DNA of 64,000 bases, taken from Hypanus sabinus (Eukaryota). Location: assembly GCF_030144855.1 (NCBI RefSeq), contig NC_082733.1:32054001-32118000 (forward strand). The letters run 5' to 3'. Within the stretch, counting starts at the first letter, position 1, and each line of letters begins with the position of its first letter. The notes beneath the pieces were generated by a model. It was not told where the DNA came from. It saw only the letters and a list, made by a program, of their open reading frames with translations, and ran no database searches. Made by a program: the position numbers and the translations under genes. Below, piece by piece: positions 1 through 10,805 of this stretch.

Positions 1-227
1 AGTTTTTAACAGCTATAACAACTTAATCCCCACGCTATTAAGCGAAGGAGAGGATAAGAGGGAGTCGAATATTCATCGGTGAACCAGCCTTTCCCCCGAT
101 GCTGCTTCTAAGTATGTTCACTTTGCGAGAACTAGGCACACAGCTTCAGACCAGATTATAAATTGTGTCTGTAAGATTACTGTACTTTAAAGTTTCTGTA
201 CTTTTTGTCAATTAAATGTAACTTTTC

Positions 228-640
228 ACTTACTTTTTAAGCCGATATTGAGCGTCCGAGGAAGTCTGGTCCTGGAGATAGCGATCAGGCAGGACGCAGC
301 GAAGTTCAAGAATTTTCACACGGACCGGATTTTACAAAATCACCAGAAACCGAGTGTAAAGATATCTAAACTGCCTCGTCGTGGTTTATATCGGTTAGGG
401 CTACCTGAATCACAGGGCGTGTATTCGTGCCAAGTAGGCGATGCCGATCACTAATTGTTCTCGGAAAGTTGTTAGCACACACCTCCTTCAACAGCCGTAG
501 TCCATGCCAATCATTTCAGAGGGTAAAAAGCGATTTCCTGTGTCTTTGGAGAGGCTCATGATTCCTTCATCCAGAACCTGGAAACCAGCGGGTATCTCTC
601 GCTCATACCCTCTTCCCTTGTGATCCGCCCCGCACCTCCT
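228..640 (-). promoter_or_regulatory. Predicted promoter and non-coding exon 1 of a UGT copy lying left of the window
   Basis: CpG-rich segment; minus-strand TATAAA at 385-390; CCAAT at 507-511; GC box at 625-630; donor AAA|GTAAGT at 233-228. Confidence 0.5.
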
Positions 641-1029
641 GCAAGAGAGACCCTTTGTTTTCCAGAAACCGGACACTGCGGAGCACTCCCGATAGTTCCA
701 TGACATCCAACTGGAATGAATGTTACAGCACGTTACCAAAACAAGCCCAACTAACTGACACAACATTCACAGGCTGAGCAAATGGCTCCTTATTTCCGCC
801 ACATCCAAAACTCTAGTCTACGAAGGTTAACAACACACAGCGTTTGCAGAAAAGCTGCTGAAAGCGTAAACGCACAGCAGTGGATATAGTACAAAACAGG
901 TTCTTAACTCGAGCGTTGCATAGGGTAAGAACTGTTGTCATTTAGATGATCCCCAAGACCTGCGCATTAAACCAAGACAGAATCTTATTTCCCTTAAGGT
1001 TAAAAAATGAACAGAAACACTCCTTGAGA

Positions 1030-1290
1030 ACCTCACACATCCTCTGTGATTCACTACAAAGATGTCCACTTTGGTCTTTAAGGAGCCCTAATTTCTTTCC
1101 AGTTACCATTTTAAACCCTTAATACCATTATAAATCTCTTGGATTTTCCTTCATCTTCTCTGCCGCATCTATCTCATGCTCCCTATTTTTCCCTTCCTCA
1201 CTCCCATCTTGAGTAGACTCCTGCAAACCCCACACTCCTTCCAGGATTCATTTGATCCCAGTTGCCTGAACCTGACCCATGGCTCCTCAT
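1030..1290 (-). mobile_element. Old CR1 ORF2 fragment (present in every unit)
   Basis: Minus strand reads REHEIDAAEKMKENP...GLLKDQSGHLC, resembling the CR1 EN-RT linker. Confidence 0.55.
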
Positions 1291-2223
1291 TCATTCTGAG
1301 CAGAACCTCAACACCGCACACTTAATTTTGATTACACTTGGCTCCCCAGGGCAATCTGCATCTTTTTTTCTGTATTTAAGACACAACGCTCAGTGGCAAC
1401 TTTACAGAGTACACTTGTACAACTGCTCGTATATGGAAATCTCCAATTAGCTAATAATGTGGCAGCAACTTAATGCATAAAAGCATGGTTAAGAGGTTCA
1501 GTTGTTGTTCAGACCAAACATCAGAATGGCAAAGAAATGTGATCAAAATAACTCTAACATTGGATTATTTGTTGGTGCCAGATGGGGTGGTTTGATAACC
1601 TCACAGACTGCTGATCTCCTAGAATTTTCACACACAAGACTCTAGAAAATAGTGTGAAAAACAAAAAAGAACATGTCTTGTTAATATGTGAGGTTAGTGG
1701 TGAATGGCCAAACTGGTTTAAGCTGACAGGGGGAGACAAAAACTCAAATAACCATAAATTTCAAAGTGTTGTGCAGAAAGTACTTGGTGTTTTACTCATG
1801 TCCTACTTCATGGGTTGTCGTGGGAGATGATTGAATACTCCAATGTTAACAGTGGTATTATGATATGGTACCTCCTGAAATTCTTGCTTCCATTGAGAAT
1901 TGATGGCATCATTATCCTTTTGCCCACCTTTGGAGCGAAGGGGATTTAGGCCATGATGGTTTGATTCATACGCTACCTTGATAGCAAAATAGGAACTCCT
2001 GATATCACCAGAGTCTGTGAGCTGTTGTATTTCTTGGGCCCTCTCAGTTAACTACTGCTTCTTTATTTTATGTGACCGGCTTTCTCCACTGGCAGAAAAT
2101 CTCCTGCCTGGGTTGTAGTGTGGCTTCCTTCCAGACAGAGGAACATTTGATATGATTTTTATAGCACTTCATTTGCAGGAGAAAGCCCAGGAACAAAGTG
2201 TTCCACTTTATTTGGCCTGCATA

Positions 2224-3998
2224 TGTCATGGTGCGATCCTTGAAGCCCCATTCCGGCTCACGCAACCTGTGTCTGGGGCCTCGCCTTGCCTCTGCCTGGA
2301 GCCTTGCCCTGTTTGGAACTGTCTGTCTGTGTCCACGCCGTGCTAGGTAGGTCCGGCCGTTTTGCCACTACGTAGCATTGGGAACTGTCTTGTCGTGTTC
2401 AGCGTTCTCTGTAATGAGTCCTGGCCCTATGTCCTGCATACAAGGAGGGGTCCTGGCTCAATGTTCCATGTTCCTGTCTCTCCCTCGACTCTGTGTTCTG
2501 CGATGCTGTTCTCCCTTGACCCAGGCTCTGTGTTCTGCGTTCCTGTTCTCCCTCAACCAAGGTTCTGTGTTCTGCGTTCCTGTTCTCCCTCAACCAAGGT
2601 TCTGTGTTCTGCGTTCCTGTTCTCCCTCAACCAAGGCTCTGTGTTCTGCGTTCCTGTTCTCCCTCAACCCAGGCTCTGTGATCTGCGTTCCTGTTCTCCC
2701 TCAACCAAGGCTCTGTGTTCTGCGTTCCTGTTCTCCCTCAACCAAGGCTCTGTGTTCTGCGTTCCTGTTCTCCCTCAACCAAGGCTCTGTGTTCTGCGTT
2801 CCTGTTCTACCTCAACCAAGGCTCTGTGTTCTGCGTTCCTGTTCTCCCTCAACCCAGGTTCTGTGTTCTGCGTTCCTGTTCTCCCTCAACCCAGCCTCTG
2901 TGTTCTGCGTTCCTGTTCTCCCTCAGCCAAGGCTCTGTGTTCTGCATTCCTGTTCTCCCTCAACCCAGGTTCTGTGTTCTGCGTTCCTGTTCTCCCTCAA
3001 CCAAGGTTCTGTGTTCTGCGTTCCTGTTCTCCCTCAACCAAGGTTCTGTGTTCTGCGTTCCTGTTCTCCCTCAACCAAGGCTCTGTGTTCTGCGTTCCTG
3101 TTCTACCTCAACCAAGGCTCTGTGTTCTGCGTTCCTGTTCTCCCTCAACCCAGGTTCTGTGTTCTGCGTTCCTGTTCTCCCTCAACCCAGCCTCTGTGTT
3201 CTGCGTTCCTGTTCTCCCTCAGCCAAGGCTCTGTGTTCTGCATTCCTGTTCTCCCTCAACCCAGGTTCTGTGTTCTGCGTTCCTGTTCTCCCTCAACCCA
3301 GCCTCTGTGTTCTGCGTTCCTGTTCTACCTCAACCAAGGCTCTGTGTTCTGCGTTCCTGTTCTCCCTCAACCCAGGTTCTGTGTTCTGCGTTCCTGTTCT
3401 CCCTCAACCCAGCCTCTGTGTTCTGCGTTCCTGTTCTCCCTCAACCCAGCCTCTGTGTTCTGCGTTCCTGTTCTCCCTCAACCCAGCCTCTGTGTTCTGC
3501 GTTCCGGTTCTCCCTCAACCAAGGCTCTGTGTTCTGCATTCCTGTTCCACCTAGACCAGGGCTCTGTGTTCTCGTCTTGTCAAAGTGCCTTGCCCAGCCC
3601 GGTGCTGGGATTCCCTCGTCCTGTGCTGTGGTTCCCTTCTCCTGTCCAGGAGTCTAACATCCAGCCCTGTGCCTCTCCTCGTCCTGTAGCCACGTCTTGT
3701 CCTCATCTGGTTCTGGAGTCTGAGCACGAGTCAATACCCAGGTTCTGGGTCCTTGTCCAGTCTCTGGCTCGGAGTCCAAACCCAGGCTCCTAGTTCCCAG
3801 TTCCATGTCCTGGTTCTGCTATCCTCGTCAAGTCCTAGCCCAGACCTGGAATCCTCGTCTCGTCCGGGGCCTCTGTCTTATCCAGCGTCCTTTCTTCCCC
3901 ACTTTTCCTTGCTTCCTTCTTGCACCTAGCCCTGTTCCTGGTAGTTCAGTTTCTGTATCTTGCATATGGGTCCACTCCCAATTTCCCCCTTTATGACA
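2224..3998. mobile_element. Solo LTR-like insertion containing a minisatellite (unit 1)
   Basis: Termini TGTCAT...ATGACA; flanking CATA duplication; removing it restores the RTE RT motif AxIDL. Confidence 0.8.
2489..3573 (+). repeat. 37-bp minisatellite, 29 units
   Basis: Consensus ctctgtgttctgcgttcctgttctccctcaaccaagg; 1073 bp / 37 = 29. Confidence 0.97.
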
Positions 3999-4994
3999 TC
4001 ATAGACCTTATAAAAGCATTTGGCACTGTTAATCATCCTGCCCTTTGGCAGGTACATTCTGTCCAAAGTCAGGTGGTCAGAGAAATACCTCAAGATCCTG
4101 CAGCTCCTACACAATGATATGAGTGAAAGATTCGTCAGCATCAGCAGCTCTGAAATGGCACCGTTTAAGGTTGAGACTAGGGTCAAACAGGGTCGCATCA
4201 CCCCCCCCCCCCCCCCCCCAACTCTGCTTGGCATTTTCATTGGAACCATTGTTCACCTCACAGGCCAAGACCTCCCAGAAAGAGTCCAGATTCTCTATAG
4301 GATGAGGTGGGTGTGCTCTTTATCCTTAACAGGTTCGAAGTATAGAGCAAAGTGTCAACTACTTCCATCATGGAAATCCAATCTGCAGATGACAACTCCA
4401 ACACTGCTCACTCTGAGGAGGATCTGCGGTACATAATGGATGCTTTTACCAGATCATACAATCTCCTGGGACTTGAGCTAACATCAAGACAAAACACAAG
4501 TCCTGCACCAAGACCCACAAGTGACCAGATATACCAGCATGAGAAGAATCATACTCGACTATGAGCGATCGATGATGATGTGCAGAAGAGCATCTCTGAA
4601 TACATAACACATTGAACCTTGAAGTGGATGGCTACAGCAGCAGATTAGAATGAACATGCACTCAGTGGGCACTTTACTAGGTACAGGAGGTCATTAACCA
4701 ACTAGCTATTAGGTGCACAAAAACCAATTATAAGTGTATCGTACTCAAGCAAAAAACAATGCAATTATTAAAAAATCGATTAGGTGTCACACAGATAAAA
4801 GCTCCAATCTGAACACATTTTAAGGCATCACAGTTTGGAGTGAATACAACAACCTTTAAGCGGTGATAGGATAAAATATGAGGAGAATTTGCATTGTCTA
4901 GGCTTGTAATCAATTGAATCTTGATATTGCAATGGAGTAGAGATACAACATTAATACGAGTGTAGGGGGGAGTTCAGGTGCACGCACTTTGCAT

Positions 4995-5175
4995 GTCACA
5001 AACTCAGGGCATTTGGAACTCTCTCCACAAAAGTTGCTTAGAACGTTACTTGATTGATGAGGATTGATAGAATTTTGAGCAAGTATGTAAAGGTTAATAC
5101 ATCCAAAACATTGATGGTATCTGAATGAAACAACAGGCTTGAGGGACTGTGTGGCTCATTCCTTGTGAATCCTAA
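4995..5175 (+). mobile_element. Old CR1 3'-end fragment (present in every unit)
   Basis: tggaactctctccacaaaa (WNSLPQK), gattgatagaatttt (IDR) and a ggcttgagggactgtgtggctc 3'UTR-like tail. Confidence 0.5.
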
Positions 5176-5741
5176 GGATATTGCTGCCCATATATGTGCA
5201 GATGATATATGTATATACATTTCTGAAAGATGAAATCTAATAGTTGGGTATGTTACTCGTGATTCATACAAACAGCACCAAAGATACCCTTGACATTGAA
5301 AGTTGACCTATGCTGCATCAGCAAATATATTTTGGACCAAGCTACCACTAGAATAGAATAGAATTAATTTGCCAGGCACTAAAATCAGAAAAGTTTCAAA
5401 GGAATATATATTTATTTATATAGAATATAAATATAAATCAATTAATTATGTAGTAACTATTTAAATTTTTTTAAAGTACATTTTTGTACACAATCAGTGA
5501 CATTACATGGAATATGGCAAAGGAATATTACTTTATTAACAGAACTCAAATTGTTGTAACTATTTTAAAAACAAAAGTAATGTTTGTACATCGTCAGTGG
5601 CATAACATGGGTGTCACAGCAGTGTAATGGAACCTGATGCTTAGACATCGAAGAAACATACCAACATGAGTGATGTAAGACGAGACTGCACAAACATGAT
5701 CAACCAATCTGAGAAATGTAGCAATTCCTGTTTAGCAAAAT

Positions 5742-8700
5742 AATAGACAATAGGTGCATAAGTAGACCATTTGCCCCTTCGAGCCTGCACCACCATTCTG
5801 AGATCATGGCTGATCATCTACTATCAATACCCGGTTCCTGCCTTGTCCCCATATCCCTTCATTCCCCTATCCATAAGATACCTATCTATCTCCTTCTTGA
5901 AAGCATCCAGAGAATTGGCCTCCACTGCCTTCGGTGGAAGTGCATTCCAGACCCCCACAACTCCCTGGGAGAAGAAGTTTTTCCTTAACTCTATCCTAAA
6001 TGACCTACCCCTTATTCTCAAACCATGCCGTCTGGTACTGGACTCTCCCAGTATCTGAAACATATTTCCTGCCTCTGTCTTGTCCAATCCCTTAATAATC
6101 TTATATGTTGCAATCAGATCCCCTCTCAATCTCCTTAATTCCAGCGTGTACAAGCCCAGTCTCGCTAACCTCTCTACATAAGACAGTCCGGACATCGCAG
6201 TAATTAACCTTGTGAATCTACGCTGCACTTCCTCTATAGCCAGGATGTCCTTCCTTAACCCTGGAGACCAAAACTGTACACAATACTCCAGGTATCGTCT
6301 CACCAGGGCCCTGTACAAATGCAAAATGATTTCCTTGCTCTTGTACTCAGTTCCATTTCTAATAAAGGCCATTCCATTAGCCTTCTTCACTGCCTGCTGC
6401 ACTTGCTCATTCACCTTCAGTGACTGATGAACAAGGACTCCTAGATCTCTTTTTATTTCTTCCTTACCAAACTCTACACCGTTCAGATAATGATCTGCCT
6501 TCCTGTTCTTACTCCCAAAGTGCATAACCTCACACTTATTCACATTAAATGTCATCTGCCAAGTATCTGCTCACTCACTCAGCCTATCCAAGTCACCCTG
6601 AATTCTCCTAACATCCTCATCACACGTCACACTGCCACCCAGCTTAGTATCATCAGCAAACTTGCTGATGTTATTCTCAATTCCTTCATTTAAATCGTTG
6701 ATGTAAATGGTAAGCAGCTGTGGTCCCAATTCCAAGCCCTGTGGCACCCCACTAGTCACCACCTGCCATTCCGAGAAACACCCATTCACCGTTACGCTTT
6801 CCTTTCTATCTGCCAACCAGTTTTCTATCCGTGTCAATATCTTCCCCCCAGTGCCATGGGCTCTGATTTTACCCACCAATCTCCTATGTGGGACCTTATC
6901 AAATGCCTTCTGAAAATGGAGGTACACTACATCCACTGGATCTCCCTTGTCTAACTTCCTGGTTACATACTTGAAAAACTCCAATAGATTAGTCAAGCAT
7001 GATTTGCCCTTGGTAAATCCATGCTGGCTCGGCCCAATCCTATCACTGCTATCTAGATATGCCACTATTTCATCTTTAATAATGGACTCTAGCATCTTCC
7101 CCACTACTGATGTTATGCTGACAGGATGATAGTTCTCTGTCTTCTCCCTCCCTCCTTTCTTAAAAAGTGGGATAACATTAGCCATTCTCCAATCCTCAGG
7201 AACTGACCCTGAATCCCAATGTATCCGCAATTTCCAGAGCCACCTCCTTTAGTACCCTAGGACGCAGACCATCTGGACCAGGGGTTTGTCAGCCTTCAGT
7301 CCCATCAGTCGACTCATCACTGTTTCCCTCCTAATGTCAATCTCTTTCATTTGCTCTGTTACCCTATGTCCTTAGCCCATCCATACATCTGGGAGATTGC
7401 TTGTGTCTTCCCTAGTGAAGACAGAGCTAAAGTACTTATTAAATTCTTCTACCATTTCTCTGTTTTCCATAACAATTTCACCGAATTCATTCTTCAAGGG
7501 CTCAACATTGTTCTTAACTATCTTGTTTCTCTTCACATACCTAAAAAAGCTTTTGCTATCCTCCTTTATATTCCTGGCTAGCTTGTGTTCGTACCTCATT
7601 TTTTCTCCCCGTATTGCCTTTTTCGTAAATTTCTGGTGTTCCTTAAAAACTTCCCAATCATCTGTCCTCCCACTCACCTTAGCTCTGTCATACTTCCTTT
7701 TTTTTTAATGCTATGCAATCTCTGATTTCCTTTGTCAACCACTGTGGCCCCTTTCCCCCCTTTGAATCCTTCCTTCTCTGGGGGATGAACGGATTTTGCA
7801 GCTTGTGCATTATTCCCAAGAATACTTGCCATTGCTGTTCCACTGTCTTTTTCTGCTGTCTTTTCAGTTAATTTTGGCCAGCTCCTCCCTCATGACTCCA
7901 TAGTCTCCTTTGTTGAACTGCAACACTGACATCTCCGATCCGCCCTTATTCTTCTCAAATTGCAGATAAAAACTAATCATATTATGGTCACTACCTCCTA
8001 ATGGCTCCTTTACTTCAAGATCGCTTATCAAATCCTGTTCATTACACAACACTAAATCCAGAATAGCCCTGTCCCTGGTCGGCTCTCGTACAAGCTGTTC
8101 CAAGAATGCATCCCGTAGGCACTTTACAAACTCCCTATCCTGTGGTCCAGCACCAACCTGATTCTCCCAGTTCACCTGCATGTTGAAATCCCCCATAACT
8201 ACTGCGACATTACCTTTGCCACATGCCAATGTTAACTCCCTATTCAACTTGCACCCAATATCCATGCTACTTTTTGGTGGCCTGTAGACAACACCCATTA
8301 GGGTCCTTTTGCCCTTACTGTTCCTCAGTTCTGTCTACACAGACTCCACTTCTCCTGATCTTATGTCCCCCCCACCCCCCGCAAAGGACTGAATCTCATT
8401 CCTCACCAACAGGGCCACCCCACCCCCTCTGTCCACATTTTTGTCCCTACAATAGCACATATACCCTTGTACATTCATTTCCCAGGTCTGATCTCCCTGC
8501 AGCCATGACTCCATTATCCCAACAACATCAGAGTTACCCATTAGCACCTGGGCTTCAAGCTCATCCGCCTTATTTCTGACACTTCGTGCATTCAGATATA
8601 GAATTTTTAGCCTATTTCTCCTCTCTCTGTATGAATCGCTGCCTATTGTGCTTAACCCAGCTCCCTGAACTCCCATCGGGCTACACGCTCCTTGAATTTT

Positions 8701-9750
8701 GTTGTCCTTCCTAAATTTACTTATTATTTCTGCACATTTAACTCCATGTTCCGTCAGACCATCCCTCTGTACATGTGTCCTCCTCATCACTTGTTCCGCC
8801 TCACCTTTCTGTACTACACACTTAATATTCCGGAACCATGTAGTCCTCACCTGTCCTTTATTCTTCATCTCGCTATCCTCTCTCGCATTCTGGATCCCCG
8901 CCCCCGCAATTCTAGTTTACACACCCCCCGCCCCCCAAGAAGCACCACCAAACTTCCCTGCAAGAATGTTAGTACCGCTCAAGTTCAAGTGTAAACCGTC
9001 CCGTCGGAACAGATCCCACCTTCCCTGGAACAAAGCCCAAATATCTAAAAACCTGAAGCCCTCCCTCCTGCACCATCCTCTCAGCCACATATTAATCTGT
9101 ATAATCCTTCTGTTCCTTGCCTCACTCGCACATGACACAGGTGGCAATCCTGAGATTGTTACCCTGGAGGTCCTGCCCTTCAACTTTGCACCTAACACCC
9201 TGAACTCACTACGCAGGGCCCCTTCACTCATCTTACCCACGTCGTTGGTCCCTACATGGACCAAAACATCTGGGGTCTTGCCCTCCCTCTCGAGAATAAC
9301 CTGCACCCGATCTGAGATGTCCCGGACCCCGGCACCAGGGAGGCAACATACAATCGGAGACTCCCGATCTTCTCCACAAAATCTCCTATCTGCCCCCCTG
9401 ACTACAGAATCCCTTATCACTACCGCTCTCTTCTCTTCCCTCCTCCCCTTCCCAGTCAAGGGTCCAACCTCAGTGCCAGAGACAGGACCACTGCAACTTG
9501 TTCAATGTAGGTCATCACCACCAACAGTATCCAAAACAGTATACTTATTCTTAATGGGAACTGCCACACGGGTGCTCTGCTCTCTCTGTCTGCTTCACCT
9601 GCCTCTCATGACTGTCACCCATTTGCCTATCTCCTGTCTTTTTGGTGTGACTACCTGCTGATAACTCTTATCTATCTCTGCCTCTACCTCCTGAATGATC
9701 CGTAGTTCATCCAGCTCCTGCTCCAATTCCCTAACTCGGTCTGATAGGAT
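5742..9750 (-). mobile_element. CR1-clade LINE, 5'-truncated, disabled (unit 1)
   Basis: ORF1 SGNH esterase motifs (VIxDSVVRG, VHVGTND, DGLH); APE endonuclease (YLNARS, YRPP, MGDFN, SDH); RT (FQKAFDKVPH, SGVPQG, FADD); 3' tail of ctattgt repeats; several stops and frameshifts. Confidence 0.93.
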
Positions 9751-9920
9751 AACACACACAAAATACTGGAGGAACTCAGCAGGTCAGGCAGCATCAATGG
9801 AAATGAATAAACAGTCAAAAAGGATCAACAGTGCTGATGAAGGGCCTCACCTCAAAATGGTGTAATGTTCTTTTGTTAGTATCGAGGCTGTCTGACCTGC
9901 TGAGTTCTGCCAGCATTTGT
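9751..9920. repeat. ~170 bp hairpin element with a decayed hammerhead-like core (also ~22871-23040, ~35698-35866, ~49498-49666)
   Basis: ~35-bp imperfect inverted arms (9761-9795 vs 9884-9918) enclosing CTGATGA-AGGG...CAAAA at 9834-9858. Confidence 0.7.
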
Positions 9921-10805
9921 GAATATTACTCTGGAATTCCAGCTGAATCTCTTGTGCTTATGAAATTGTACTCAGCTCCAACATTGTATATATCTATCTG
10001 TAATTAATTCTCCTTTATCAGAGCTTCAGTCAGATACTTGCATAATAATGCCCAGGGTTATTGACCAGAAAGTGTAGTTGGAAGATACTTCATTTAGTTA
10101 TGTGATGAAGAAAACTCCATTACTCATTCATCAGCTTCAGATAGACAAACCAGTGGGGAGGAATAGGTAAAGAAGAGAGTCACAAAGAGAAAGTGTAGGG
10201 AGCGTGAGATTGGGGGGGTGGGGGTAGGGAAAGATGTGCCTCCTGTGTAAATGGCGAAGTTACCAAAAATGATGTGCTGAGCGGAGTGACTCCAGGTGCA
10301 TATGCATTTGATGAGGAAATATTGCAAACTAGCTCAAACAACCAAAGAGGGACATTTTTGCCTGTTAAATCATGGCCTACAACAATGGTGACGAAGACCT
10401 GGAATGGGCAGCTATGACGAATTGTAAAGGGACAGCAATGTGACTTCTTACCATTTGTCAATTGGTGGAGACATGACAGAATAGTTTGGAGAGTAGTCTT
10501 TCAGGCACAGAATTCCATGTTTTTTATGGTAGTATATGAATTACAAGTTAGTATATCATATTTTAAATAATCATACATAAACATGAGTTTTCCTGTTTGA
10601 TTTGATTTAGGTATTTGTATTTTGTTCCTGTTCATATCTTTGTACAAAAGATTTAAATCCACTGATATATTTCACTAATTTTTAAGAGGTTTGCTACATT
10701 TACAATATCTGAAAAGTAGGCTTCATGTATTGAAAACAAGAAAATCCTATTTCATTAAGTGGAAAAAATTTAAAACACCATCTTCCAACACAAATGAGAG
10801 AAACC

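Larger units (their letters stand above)
1779..4578 (+). mobile_element. Degenerate RTE-clade LINE with inverted 5' segment (unit 1)
   Basis: Plus-strand RT remnants CGFLPDRGTFDMIF, AxIDLIKAFGTV, RVKQG, QSADD; (GAT)n tail; TSD TGTGCAGAA at 1770-1778 and 4579-4587; 1779-~2066 encodes an RTE linker region on the minus strand. Confidence 0.8.
1386..4695 (+). mobile_element. Tc1/mariner non-autonomous relic split in two (1386-1778 and 4579-4695); present in every unit
   Basis: TIR-like ctcagtggcaacttta..gtacac; degenerate transposase N-terminus MAKKCD...VGARWGGLITSQTADLLEFSHT (ORF 15335-15778 in unit 2); resumes after the insert as tgtgcagaagagcatctctgaa...gaaccttgaagtggatg. Confidence 0.7.

Noticed and set aside
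248-766. Small 68-aa and 92-aa ORFs recurring in all units
   Set aside because: Non-ATG starts and no motifs; recurrence reflects recent duplication of the promoter region.
2489-3573. 37-bp repeats as a CRISPR-like array
   Set aside because: Head-to-tail repeats with no unique spacers, no cas genes, and a vertebrate context.
2362-3793. Long Cys/Pro/Ser-rich ORFs (431, 471, 279 aa and paralogues)
   Set aside because: They arise in all three frames from a stop-free 37-bp minisatellite; their length simply follows repeat number.
8699-9661. 320-aa plus-strand ORF (also 34646-35608, 48446-49408)
   Set aside because: Antisense shadow of CR1 ORF1; no recognisable domain; broken in unit 2.
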